DNA of 53,387 nucleotides from Catajapyx aquilonaris (lineage: Eukaryota). Shown one piece after another: positions 10,549 to 23,029 of the stretch. Numbering within the stretch: position 1 is the first letter of the stretch; every line of letters starts with the position of its first letter. The DNA lies in assembly GCA_000934665.2 (NCBI GenBank), contig KZ538379.1, positions 62,001 to 115,387 on the forward strand, given 5' to 3'. The position numbers and the translations under genes are program-made. A model generated the notes under the pieces. The model saw only the letters and a program-made list of their open reading frames with translations. It ran no database searches and had not been told where the DNA came from.

Positions 10549-10556
10549 TAATAATA
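10484..10556. repeat. (AAT)n microsatellite
   Basis: About 24 AAT units. Confidence 0.95.
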
Positions 10557-10789
10557 GCGTCGGACATACTATTGGGAACAATTGTTTCGTTTCTGGAGCA
10601 AGAAAGACCCCGTGTTTGGCACGCAATACCTCCCGGATCCGCCGCAAAATGAGTGTCGGAAATGAGAGCCTGCAGCCCAGAAAAGAATTACGAGGCTTTC
10701 ATAACCTGGAAGATTAACGAGAAGGGTTTTTTCGCCAAGACCGCACGCTCTCAAAAAGAACACTGGCATCCATACACTTCCTCCAGCAG

Positions 10790-12480
10790 TTAAATGATGA
10801 ACCCGAAGCTCTAAAGTAGCAACTCTTTTAAAAGCGCTCTGAAATAGCAGCTCAAAGCAGATTCTACAAGTTTGATATAACAACTGTTTTGAACAGTTTT
10901 AAATAGCAGCTTTTCAAAGTAGTAACTACTTAGCAGTTCTTTCAGAGTAGTTTAGTTACGTAGCAGTTCTTTCAGAGCAGTAGCTACTTGACATCAGTTC
11001 TTTCAAAGTAGTAGCTACTTGACATCAGTTCTTTCAAAGTCGTAGCTACTTGACATCAGTTCTATCAAAGTAGTAGCTACTTGACATCAGTTCTTTCAAA
11101 GTAGTAGCTACTTGACATCAGTTCTTTCAAAGTAGTAGCACCTTGACATCAGTTCTTTCAAAGTACTAGCTACTTGACATCAGTTCTTTCAAAGTACTAG
11201 ATACTTGTCATCAGTTCTTTCAAAGTACTAGCTACTTGTCATCAGTTCTTTCAAAGTACTAGCTACTTGACATCAGTTCTTTCAAAGTAGTAGCTACTTG
11301 ACATCAGTTCTTTCAAAGTACTAGCTACATGACATCAGTTCTTTCAAAGTACTAGCTACTTGACATCAGTTCTTTCAAAGTACTAGCTACTTGACATCAG
11401 TTCTTTCAAAGTACTAGCTACTTGACATCAGTTCTTTCAAAGTACTAGCTACTTGACATCAGTTCTTTCAAAGCAGTAGCTCCTTGACGTAGCAATTCTT
11501 TCAACCAGTTCTTAACAACAGCTTTTTCAAAATAGGTGATTCTTCGCATAATTTATTTTACCATTTCTAAATAACAGTTCAAAGTAGCGCCTACCGGACT
11601 TCTCAGTTCTTTCAAAGTAGCAGCTATAGACGTAGCAGGTATTCTATGCGATTATTAACAACTCATTTTTCAAAATAGCTGCTACTTTGCATCAGTTCTT
11701 TTACCAGTTCTAAATAACAGTTCAGAGTCGCGACTACCGAACTTAGAAGCTCTTTAAAAGTACCCGATATATAATGTTGCAGTTCAGTTAAACCGTTGAG
11801 TTGCGGTACTTTCAAAGTAGCAGCTACTTGGCATAAAAGTTACTTCAAACAGTGCTTAATAACGGCTCTTTCAAAATAGAAGCAGTTATTTTACCAGTTC
11901 TAAATAACAGATCTAAGTAATGTCTACTAGACTTATCATTTCTTTTAAACTAGCAGGTACATAATGTAGCAGTTCATTTAAGGAGTGATTAATAGCCGTT
12001 ATTTCAGTGGCATATAATTGACATAACGGTTGTTTTAAGAAGCTCTAACTAACAGTTCTTTCGAAATAGCCGCTACTTTGCACCACTTTTAGTAGCTATA
12101 AATTATAATTCAAATTAGCCGCGTCTTCACTTAGCAGTTAGTTCAAAGTAACGGCTACAAAATGCAACAGTTCTTTCAAAATAGAAGCTACTTTGCACCA
12201 CATTTAGTAGCCATAAATTATAATTCAAATTAGCCGCGGCTTCACTTAGCAGTTAGTTCAAAGTAACGGCTACAAAATGTAAGTTTTTTCAAAGTAGCCG
12301 CTACTTTGGACCACTTTTAACATCTATAAGTTATCATTCAAATTAGCCGCGTCTTCACGTAGCAGTTAGTTCAAAGTAACGGCTACAAAATGCAACAGTT
12401 CCTTTTAGCAGTTATAAGTTACCATTCTTTCAGTAGCGGCTACATGCCATAGCGGTTATTTTCAAATAGCGTTTAACGTA
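10790..12480. repeat. Satellite island: 31-bp minisatellite core (about 10960-11490, about 16 units), degenerate flanks and an about 114-bp unit x3
   Basis: gacatcagttctttcaaagta(g/c)tagctactt, period 31 (10990, 11021...). caaattagccgc recurs at 12111, 12226 and 12339. Confidence 0.9.
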
Positions 12481-13377
12481 ATTTAAGTGGCGCCACCGTC
12501 CTGGCGAGTCCGGAACCAGCTTGGTGTCGTCCCATGTCGCGTTGAACCGCAACAAGCCGTCAAATTAATTCCGGGAGGGGATGGGGAGGCCAAATGCCTG
12601 GCTCATAATCCGGGGATACTAGTTGGTGACAAGCTCTCATCCATCACAAAGAAAAAGGAGGCTGGAGGGTTGGAGGAGGGGGGCAGGAGAGCAAGCCCCT
12701 TTTAAGAGTTGGCTTCTACTTGACACTATCCGCCTCCCCTTTTTGGGAGGGGGAGGAGGGGAAAGGCAACTTCCTTTGGCTGTTTGTCCTCCCTGTCACA
12801 AGTCTCGAAACCATTTACTAGAAAACTATTCTCTGTAATAGTCTGTTGCCGGCAGGAATTCCAATAAGAGGCAGGGAAATTTCATTGCAGCCCCCCCCCT
12901 TCTCCTCCATCCCCCTCTTCCCTCCCCTGAAGGGAAGGGGAGGGAGGGGTTGCCAAGCCTCAGCGAAAAGTATCCAGGGCTGGATTTTAATCTCCCTTGA
13001 CATAATGTCCCGGAATCTGACCCCCGAAGCTGCCTGCATATGAATCCTGGTTGCCGTTTTCATCGGGTGGGGGAAGGCGGAGGAGGCGACGACGGAGGGT
13101 TGAGGGAGGGAGGGAGAGGCTCTTTTCCCAATGACAGCCGCAGTTACAAGCTGGAAATGGTCGTCGTTCAGAAAATTTGTCCTGTGGCCACATAACTCAG
13201 GTGACAAAAAAAAAAAAAAAATCTCGCAGAATCGGCCCATAAAAACCTTGTCCACAACAGATTGTTTCATTAAGTTGTTTTTAATATTCAATTACCAATT
13301 TAATTTAATTTAGTTTCATTAGTATTTATGCGATTAAATGTGTTCTTTAAACATCTAATTTCTTTTAGTTACTCAGA

Positions 13378-13705
13378 TTTAGACTTTTAGACGTTTTCGC
13401 CTCAAAAGAGTCTTACATAACGGCGCTGTCTGTCCGTCCGTCCGTGGACAGGTATCAGGGCTAAACCGCAAGAGTTATCGACAAACGGTTTTCGGATTCG
13501 GATTCAGCATGGCCCGAAAAGGTTTCATGGTCAATTTGCGGTGACTGGGCACTTCCGGTTTCCCCCAAGGTCAAGTCTACAGGCGTATGACCATGAGTTT
13601 CTTGGCAACGAGAAATGAAACTGACAACATTCTATGTCATTGTTGTCCAATATAATTAGAACAGCATCGAGTCTTGTATATTCAACGAAGTTGTCTGCCT
13701 CATGC
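13378..13705 (+). mobile_element. DINE-1/HINE-like (Helentron-associated) element
   Basis: 5' partial inverted repeat (tagacttt...aagagtctta), then (GTCY)n microsatellite ctgtctgtccgtccgtccgt, then 3' gagtcttg followed by a short stem-loop CAAC-GAA-GTTG. Confidence 0.45.
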
Positions 13706-14495
13706 CTCTCCCCCAATGAGAAAAAGTTTACTCAAATCACGTTCGCGTGATCTTCCATCTCGATTATTTTAGATTTCATTTTAATTCATTATGTAAGTTA
13801 AGAGATCATTTGAAATGTTTGACATTAATTTTCATCATTTTAGAATATTAGTTCCTTGAATAATATTTTTCTTTTTTACTTTAGCAAACGGTTAGTTTAT
13901 TCTATTATTATTTTCACTGTGTTTAGATTCAAAAATTCAGTAGTTATTCTATATTCATGGAAATGAATAAGTGTACTTTTGGATAAAATTATGGTAGACA
14001 TTAGAAGCAGTAATTTTAGAGTATTTTTCCCCTTAAGTTGGCAAAAATATGTCGCGAAATTATTCATGCAAATTTTTGTTACACACACAGTTATTTTTAA
14101 GACTTTCAAAAAAGTGGCCATTTCATACGAAACTTAAAGTTAAAGTGGTTCTACCATTGTTGAGCACATATTTCCAACCATCGTAACGACAGGATTGGCC
14201 TCCGCTTTTTTTTTTTTAAAAGGACAGGTTGTGACGAGACTAGTCCTTCGTGAATACCAGGCCTTAGAGATTCGCCAAAAATATGCGTCCGGTACTTAAG
14301 CTGGGACAAAGAGTTTTTGATGGGCGTGTAAAAAAGTGTCGTAAGAGCCTGTGGGTTGGCCCTAAAAATAGAGGCTTCTCCACTGGGGAAAAGGTCATCC
14401 GGCCCACAATTTTTTGGCGAGGTCATTTCGAGAGGTCATGGCTCCTTTGAAATAACGCCATGGATTTAGGACACTGGGGTTCAGGTACAAAGGCC

Positions 14496-14543
<48 letters not shown>
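14496..14543. repeat. (AAT)n microsatellite
   Basis: About 16 ATA/AAT units. Confidence 0.95.
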
Positions 14544-15281
14544 GGTTTTGACTAGCAGTTTTCCTCCGGAATGTTGGGTTATATCAGGTTAGGATACGTA
14601 ACGGTTATTGCGACAGAGTATCAGCTGCGCTTTTTTGGATTAAAGGTCTTGCGACGTTGCCACATTTCGTCAGCGTTTGTGTTGATAAGACAATTTGGAC
14701 CAACTTTTCTGTGCGAAATTGTCTCTCTCCAGCACACAACATGTTGGCCCTATTTTTTGGGGGTTTCTCAGGGGCCGAACCTTTGAAGCATTCTCTTTCT
14801 TTCTTTTTTTCCCCACTCCCCACTCCTCCCCTCCTTCCCTCTCCATCCCCCCCCCCCAGTTAGTCCATGATGCTCTTCACGGACCCCTTCCTTCCTTCAA
14901 AGAGACTTCATAAAATAGTCAAGAGCATCTGGAGCCCTCTCTTCTCCATCCCGCCGAGCACACTTGCCAAGAAAACTAACCTCTCCGCAAAATCCCTTTG
15001 TAGCAAACACCCTGGGAAGGCATTAGCACCGACAACTATTAAACGCCATTCTTGCCCAATTTCCCCGAAAATGTTTTAACACCACCCCCCCCCCCCCCGC
15101 CATTCTGAGCAGCTAACACTCCTTGTCACCAAAAAATCTTTTGGACATGCCTAGCAATTTTTGCCATTGGTAAGGCTTTCATCCTGGCTTATCAAGGCAA
15201 CCCAAGAGCCTTTCTTGTGCAACGGATTGCCTGCAAACCAGGCGTTAATATGATTACACTTCGGTTTCTGCAACCGGTTAA

Positions 15282-16340
15282 TCAGCTACTTATAGCTATT
15301 ACAAAATATTTATAGCTACTTATAGCTATTAAAATATTGGCAGCTACTTATAGCTATTACAAAATATTGACAGCTACTTATAGCTATTACAAAATATTGA
15401 CAGCTACTTATAGCTATTACAAAATATTGACAGCTATTAATAGCTGGTATGAAATCATATGAGCTACTTACAGCTATTAACATTGCCAGATATTTATAGC
15501 TACTATAAAATGCTGTTAGCTACTTACAGCTAGTATTAAATGGTGTTAGCTACTTACAGCTAGTATTAAATGGTATTAGCTACTTACAGCTTATAAGCCA
15601 TCAAGAGCTACTAATAGTTGTTATGAATTTTAACATTTGCTCATTATTATTTTAAGCATTGATAGCTACTTATAGCCATTCCTCAATATTGGCAGCTACT
15701 TAGAGTTGTTGCAAAATATTAGCTACTTATTGGTATTAATATGAACAGATCTTTGCAATAATAAGACATTAAACACTACTAAGGAGTTATTTGTAGCCAG
15801 TAACAGCTATTGCAGTTGATATAAAATATTAATAACCATTCATACGCTACAGCTGTAAAAAAATTAACACCTTCATATAGTTGTCACAAAATATTAGCTG
15901 CCAATATCAGGTTGTAAGCACATTCAATCAGGCCATTTCTCGACCATTTTAACATCTACCTCTAACTACTATTGTAACCATTGAGAGATATTCATAGCCA
16001 TTCCGCAATATTGGCAGCTACTAGGAGTTGTTGCAAAATATTAGCTACTAAGAGTTGTTGCAAAATATTAGCTACTTATTGGTATTAATATTAACAGCTA
16101 CTTATTGGTATTAATATTAACAGCTGCCTCTGTAGTTATCTATGTAGTTGTTTTCAAATATTAACGGACATAACGTTGTTATAGACTACTGTATTAACAG
16201 CTAGTTATTGGTATAAGTATTAACAGCTACTTATTGGTATAAGTATTAGCAGCTACTTATACTATAGTCGTAGAAGTTAACAGCTTTTTATGGTTGTTAC
16301 AGAATATTAGTTGCTAATATTAGGTTGTATTCAACGATTG
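15282..16340. repeat. 30-bp minisatellite (clean at about 15282-15440) decaying into an AGCTA-rich island
   Basis: cagctacttatagctattacaaaatattga, period 30. Confidence 0.85.
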
Positions 16341-17509
16341 GGGGCATTTTTTTCGACCATTTTTGAACCGTAGTAAATCCGGTGGTTAATTGTCACGTAC
16401 GGGAGCCAACAAGAAACCGCGAGTATTCTGCAATTCTGGGAGCGACGTAATTTGTAGAAATGCCTTTTGCGGAAGGGACAAGAATTCGCTGGCCATCAGA
16501 TACATGCGAAAGGGAAGGGGGGGNNNNNNNNNNNNNNNNNNNNNNNGGTAGAGGGGGAGGGGGTGTTCCTTAATGAAATTTCTCTGGTCAACCTCTGGAA
16601 GCGGGGAGTTGAAAATACTGCGGTTGGAAGATTGAAGAAGGCTCGTGAGACGCGGAATGGTTTATGTGGGTAGAAGGCGGTACTTGGCTGCATCCCCTTC
16701 AAGTCAAAATAGCGGATTAGAAAAAAAAAGCAGTCTCTGAAGTGACGCGCTTAATCACTGCGAGAGCGTCTTTGAGTGATCGACACTGCTTTTGACACCG
16801 AGTGATTGATAGTCCAAGACATCCCTTCAAGGCATAGGATGTTCCCATTTCGCCGCACGTTGATAATCGCCCGGTTGTCCGTAGTGGGTTGCATTCAGAT
16901 AAAGCCATATGTTGAATTGGCTTGTAATCTGCTACACGTACTCTCCGCGGGTGTGCTCGTACAGCAACAATTGGCAGAAATAACGCGACGGATTGCAAAT
17001 TCGTGCGGGGTTGTAAAACCACGTGCCGTTTTATCGGCCGAGTATGGACCAGGAGGCGTAAATTCCGTGACACACCTACAACTCTCGTTAACCCGCAATT
17101 ATTCACAATAGAATTTCAAATGTAGCATAATGGGCCGCAATCAATAACGAGAATAATGTTATTATTTTGCGGATTCGGGATTTTGGCGCAGTTACGGCCA
17201 TCAAATCGGCGGAATCTCCACTAATGACTCACTTTTTTGGGCACGCTTAAATTGGGAATCGGTTTTTAGCAATTTTACAAAAAAATAGTGCGCGATAGTA
17301 CTGAGGATGAATCAGGCTCGAATAGAGTTAAATTATTTGTCTGGAATTTAAGTTACAAAAAAAAAGCTTGGCAATTTTGTAAAACCACAATAACGTTCGT
17401 TGACTTGCAGCGCACAAGACGGACAGCATAATGGCATAATACACAACCCACGATAAAAGCCCATCTCGCCATGGGCCCCCTGGCAGGGTCCTGACTATAA
17501 CACTCACAC

Positions 17510-17969
17510 GCCACTTCGGATATAGTAGACTCCGATATAATAGACTAGGTTATAATAGACTGTAACGCTTTTCTGTAACGCTCGAGTTTGCCTCCATGCC
17601 CCTATGCGGATCGAATTTAGCCACTTCGGATATAGTAGACTCGACTATAATAGACTCTGATATAGTAGACTCGGTTATAATAGACTATAAGACTCGACTG
17701 AGTTTGCCTCCATGCCCCTATGCGGATACGAATTTAGCCACTTCGGATATAGTAGACTTGGTTATAATAGACACGACTATAATAGACTCTGATATTATAG
17801 ACTCGGTTATAATAGACTCTGATATAGTAGACTCAGTTATAATGGACTCGACTATAATAGACTTTGATATAGTAGACTCGGTTATAATAGACTGTAACGC
17901 TTTTCTGTAACGCTCGAGTTTGCCTCCATGCCCCTATGCGGATCGAATTTAGCCACTTCGGATATAGTA
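17510..17969. repeat. Composite tandem repeat: constant about 50-bp block plus a variable number of 15-bp subrepeats
   Basis: gccacttcggatatagta starts at 17510, 17620, 17737 and 17952. Subrepeat g.tata.tagactc. Constant block gagtttgcctccatgcccctatgcggat.cgaatttag. Confidence 0.88.
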
Positions 17970-18188
17970 NAAGACGTATTCACGTCAAAATCATGCAGGG
18001 TGACACCCCGTGCCTGGTAGGGCCACAAGACGTATAGTACTGGTGCGGTCACTCCAAAGCCACACAGATGACACCAACACTTTCCTCGTGTCCAGTTGCA
18101 CAGTCTCTTAAAAATTGTGTTCTCGACCAAAAAAAAAACAGTTTTTCGCCCCCGCATCGGTTCTAACCCCGAAAATTCTCCTTTTCAG

Positions 18189-18308
18189 TCCACCCGTTGA
18201 TCCAGGTGCCAAATCAGCTCGTGGGAGCGCCCAGGGACACAGACGTGGAGCTGGAATGCCACGCCGAAGCCTCCCCAAAAGCCATCAATTATTGGACAAG
18301 AGAGACCG
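18189..18308 (+). CDS. DIP-beta: DIP-beta-like exon: first half of Ig3 (not shown in this frame in the ORF track)
   Basis: Polypyrimidine acceptor ttctccttttcag, donor GTAAGT 18309, 120 nt, phase 1/1. Translated by hand: (F)HPLIQVPNQLVGAPRDTDVELECHAEASPKAINYWTRET. Confidence 0.95.
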
Positions 18309-18831
18309 GTAAGTCTCACTAGTCCTCACCCTGTAATAGTCATCGTCCGCATGTACTATTTAGAGAGGAACCTGGACACCCCAGAATATCCGGGTTCTGC
18401 ATACCTCCTGGGGGAATCCAAGTCTGAGGTTTACTGGAAGCCCCGGATAAAAATGCCACGTTGCTTTGACTCCCTTTTGTTCCTGAAAATCCGGTTAGAG
18501 AGCACACACACACTAGGTAGGTAAAATTTTTTTATCCGGGACGGTCCCCCGGATTTTTGCGTGTGGGCGACACGGCAAGGAAAGTCCTCTGTGATTTTTC
18601 CGCTCCTACAAAGTGAGGCTGTAAGGCCCGCGGGGAGGGGGGGGGGGTGGGAGGCAAAGCTGTGACCAATATCGGGTCACTTTTCCCCCTGAAAACGTAA
18701 AAAAAACTACCCTAATGCATTCCCAGACTTGGACATATCCCGTTTCCAAGTCGGGACACGCCTCATGGCCCCTTAAGAGCAAAGAAAGTGCATGCCCATG
18801 CCATCTGTTGGGTACGTCAGGAAGTTCCCTT

Positions 18832-18955
18832 CATCCGGTGGCATAACCGGATCTTCAGACTCAAAATTCCTAAATTGTGAGGGTTTTTGCTCCTAAAGGT
18901 GTGGCTCTCGGACTTTTCCCTCAGTCAATGTCCGACCTACTATCACTGTGCCAAT
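18832..18955 (-). repeat. Second copy (fragment) of the repeat at 9218-9326
   Basis: The reverse complement shares agtgatagtagg.c.gaca.tga and ccggt..atgccaccggatg with 9218-9326. Confidence 0.6.
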
Positions 18956-18974
18956 TTTAAGGACTCACTATAGT

Positions 18975-19760
18975 GAGGAAGTGGGTTAGGTAGCCCTGGT
19001 TAAGCTCTCTATAGTCAGAAAGTGCCCTGTTTAATTATCCATAATCAAGAAGTGGGTGTTGAAGTGTTCATAGTCAGGAAGGGTAACCACGATTAATCCT
19101 CTCCGTAGTCAGTAAGTGGGTTAAGCAGTCCTGCTTAAGTCTCTCAGTAGTTAGAAAGTGCCTTAGGCAGCCCTGTTTAAGCCCTGGCTATAGTTAGGAA
19201 GTGGGTTAGGTAGCCCTGTTTAAGATCTGGCTATACTCAGAAAGTGGGTTAGGCACCCCTGTTTAAGTCCTGGCTATAGTCAGAAAGTGGCTTAGGCAGC
19301 CCTGTTTAAGCCCTGACTATAGTTAGAAAGTGGGTTAGGTAGCCCTGTTTAAGATCTAGCTATACTCAGAAAGTGGGTTAGGCAGCCCTGTTTAACCCCT
19401 GGTTATAGTTAGAAAGTGGTTAGGTAGCCCTGTTTAAGATCTGGCTATACTCAGAAAGTGGCTAAGGCATCCCTGTTTAAGCCCTGGCTATAGTTAGACA
19501 GTGGCCCTGTTTAAGATCTAGCTATACTCAGAAAGTGGGTTAGGCAGCCCTGTTTAAGCCCTGGTTATAGTTAGAAAGTGGGTTAGGTAGCACTGTTTAA
19601 GATCTGGCTATACTCATAAAGTGGGTTAGGCAGCCCTGTTTAAGCCCTGGTTATAGTCAGTAAGTGGGTTAGACAGCCCTGTTTAAGATCTGGCTACTCA
19701 GAAAGTGGGTTAGGCAACCCTGTTTAAACCTCTCCGTAGTCAAAAGGTGGGTTAGGTAAC
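18975..19760. repeat. 43-bp minisatellite, about 18 units, with alternating variants
   Basis: gtgggttagg(c/t)agccctgtttaag(ccct/atct)ggctata(gtt/ctc)agaaa, period 43 (19201, 19244). Confidence 0.9.
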
Positions 19761-21559
19761 CTGGACAGACAAACTTTCTTTTTTATAATTATAAGCTAAA
19801 TGATGATAATAATTTTCATGATGTCCCGTCTACAAGTCGGGACACTGTCCCCCTGAGAGGCGCTAGACCGGATTTGATGCCACGTAATAAACCAGACGGT
19901 AAAACGGATTGACGGCAGGGTTGACCACAAGAATGAGTGGAGTTTGACGAGGTTCCAAAGGGTGGGGTGATGTGTCCCCGCAAATGAGATGCCCCCCTTT
20001 CCCCCCAGTTTAATTCTGTCCTTATGTAAATCCGGCTTGTTTGGTGCCATTAGCAAAGGACCCTCCCTCCTTTACCCCCCTAGACCATGATTAACCCCCT
20101 AGCTCTTTGCCTAAAAAGGACGTACACGTTAGGGGAGGGGCAGGTTGTCATTTGGCCTCACGTCTTCTCCACACCTCCACCACCACCCCTTTGCCAAAGT
20201 CATGGCGGAAATTCGCACAGAGCACACTTGATGTGCGAAATATGCAAATGGACGAAAATAGAGAGCCTGGCCAGTTCCATTTTCTGGCGGGGTTAAAACG
20301 GACCCAAAAACTTGGGGTCCGGGTTTTTTGAATGGTCCCATGGGGTACTCATGCACACTCCGATTGGTCCAAGGCCCGAATAGACAAGCAGCGTCCATGA
20401 TTATAATATCAGACCACGGTCTTATGACATACAGACCCGTAGGGAGTGGGATTGGCGCTGATGTAGTGCTCAACTGCGTGGCGATCCTGGCGGACGATTC
20501 TGCCTGTAGCATTTCTCATTAATAATACTAATATATATAAAACCCCTATCCAAGGATAGAGGATATAGGATTGAAAATTCGCGCATTTCCCTACGTCGCG
20601 TCGTAGCTGGTCGGGAGATGGCTTGTAGGAAAGATCTCGTCGACAATTGTTAAGGGAAAAGTTCTCATAATTGCAAATTTCCCCGCCATTTTCGAGCTAT
20701 GCCCTAATTAAGATTTTGCACCAATCAAAGACACGATCCTCTCCCTGTTGTCCAATGAGCTTCAAGTATTCCATCTGATCGTGCCTCAGGTTGGTGCTCT
20801 ATGAAAGGTCGTCATTTCTGAAAGTGGTAATACTGTACCATATCCCTCACATAGACGTCACATGTACTTTAAACGTGACGTGACACTATCACGTTTATTT
20901 TCATACGTGATTCTGTCACCCCTGCCACTCTTACCTGGCTGCGATGATGACTCACCCCCGACAAACAACTGGCAGACAGAAAGCCGATTAGTAGTATGCG
21001 GTCTTGCCGCATCCGGCCGCCATTTTTAATCCAGCTGGCCTGCTGTTAGCTGACCAATAGTGGCCTTTAAATTCCTCCAGATTATCCGGATTCCAGCCAA
21101 TCCCGTCTATTAGGCCCAATTGGCCGTACAGATCCGTATCCCAGGAGCGGAAAAGTTGCTGTTGGAACTGTCACCGAAGAACTTCCATTTTGGACCCATC
21201 CACGTCTGATTGTAGAGAATGGGGGGGTATGGAGGAGGTGGGAAGAGGGGAGGATTTTTTTGGTCTTTTTTGGAGGGGAGTTGAGGGGAGGGAAGGTTTG
21301 AAGCCGTGAGAGATGCGGTGATGGCGATCGATTGTGCTGCCAGCAATTGCAGGGTTTTCTCCTCCACTCCCTACTCTTTCCTCCCCGCTTCCCTCCACTC
21401 CCCACTCGACCCAACCAGAACTTCCTTCAAAATATCGTGCGACTAAGTGATGCGGCCTCTTTTTCTGTCCCGGATTCCTGTCCGATACGACTCGGTTGTA
21501 CTGTCCAAAAGTTGCTAGTGTCACAAGTTGGCTTCGTTCGAGCAAGAGTTCTCTTACAC

Positions 21560-22445
21560 TCGTCACGTATATTTAAACGTCAAGGAGGTACAAAAAAATA
21601 GTGTGTAAAGTAAACTTGAAATATAAGCGTGTCCTCGTCACGTGTAAAAATAAACGTGACATGGTTATCCGTGAAGACACTTTTATTATAAACGTAACCA
21701 CGTCACTTTTATTTTATACGTGACCAGGACACGTTTATTTCTATTCAAGAAAAGGTAGCAAAACTATTACTTGCAGCTGACTTGCAGAGTACACGTAACC
21801 ACGAGAACATGTTTCATGTACAGAAATAAACGTGTCCTCGTCACGTATAAAATAAAGTCTAAAATAAACATGTCGTCACGTATAACCATGCCACGTTTAT
21901 ATTTTTACATGGCAAAGACACGTTTACATTTATACGTGACAAATACAGTTTATATGAATTTATGCGTAACAAAGACACGTTTACATTTGTACGTGACAAA
22001 TACAGTTTATATGAATTTATGCGTAACAAAGACACGTTTACATTTGTACGTGACAAATACAGTTTATATTAAGTTATGCGTGACAAAGACACGTTTACAT
22101 TTACACATGAAAATGTCGCAAAAAATTACTTATGTGACCAGGTCACGTTTATTTTATACGTGATCAGGACACTTATTTCTATGCGCGAAAAAGTCGCGCA
22201 AATATTCCCCCACTTACTGAATAAACGTAACGTGGTCACGTTTATTTTTATATGACCAGGTCAAGCTTATTTTATACGTCACGTCGAGCCTTTTTGTCAC
22301 TTTGATCACGTACATGTCACGGTAATTTTTTATACGTAACCTTTTCACATTTATTTTATGCATGACTATATGCCACAGTAATTTTTTTACGTAACCCTGT
22401 CACGTCTAGCCATTTTATCACTTTGGTCACGCATATGGTTACGCA
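21560..22445. repeat. CACGT/ACGTG-rich degenerate island with a 57-bp unit x3.3
   Basis: aaagacacgtttacattt starts at 21914, 21971, 22028 and 22085. Explains the 19-aa repeat of ORF 21771-22163. Confidence 0.85.
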
Positions 22446-23029
22446 TATTGTTTATTGGGATTATTTAAATATAGCCGTTTTTTCTAATCTGCTATTATGC
22501 AACCGGTCGCTGTTACGTAAAATCCAGTAATTGAAACGGATAAATTTACACCAAATCACTTGCAAGCTGCAATGCAAATTATTCAAGTAAATACGTCCTC
22601 AACTGTAGCAAGTTGGCAGGGCGGAACGAAACGGAAGAAAGAAATTTGGGGGGAAAACCCCGGATCCAATTATCCCCTATCAATTTTAGTGGAAGCCAAT
22701 CGTATGCAATCTCTCTTTTTATAAAACTAATTGTGTTCCACATCAGATTAGAGCTCCCTCTTGATTGTGGGGCCCTCTGGATTGGCTGGGACGGGCCCTG
22801 TAGACATATTCCGGTTATCTGGTTGGCAGCCTATTCCATCGGAGTTTGTCATGTTTTTACCCCCCGGTTATCATATATCGTTTGGTGGGGGCCTGGGGGG
22901 TCGGATGGTTTATGTCTGCGATGCCAATCGTCAATATTGATTAACACGTGGTGACCCCATCATTTATTACGCATGATTTGAACCCTATTTTGCTGACTCT
23001 TCATTGGTCGGACGGTTGGAAATAGTCGT

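Noticed and set aside
16717..17111. Overlapping 100-130 aa ORFs in a GC-balanced intronic block
   Set aside because: No recognisable domain and no convincing splice sites. May be a non-coding element or TE interior; unresolved without a search.
17510..17969. CRISPR-like repeat-spacer array
   Set aside because: The spacers are tandem 15-mers rather than unique sequences, there are no cas genes, and the context is a eukaryotic intron.
20630..20650. Partial match to arthropod miR-981 on the minus strand (ttgtcgacga)
   Set aside because: Only 10 nt match, the seed is absent and there is no precursor hairpin. I recognised no known miRNA elsewhere, but could not run a miRBase search.
20522..20800. 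Helitron-like 5' end (tactaatatatataaaacccc...)
   Set aside because: No TC start and no matching hairpin-CTRR 3' end found; too weak to call.
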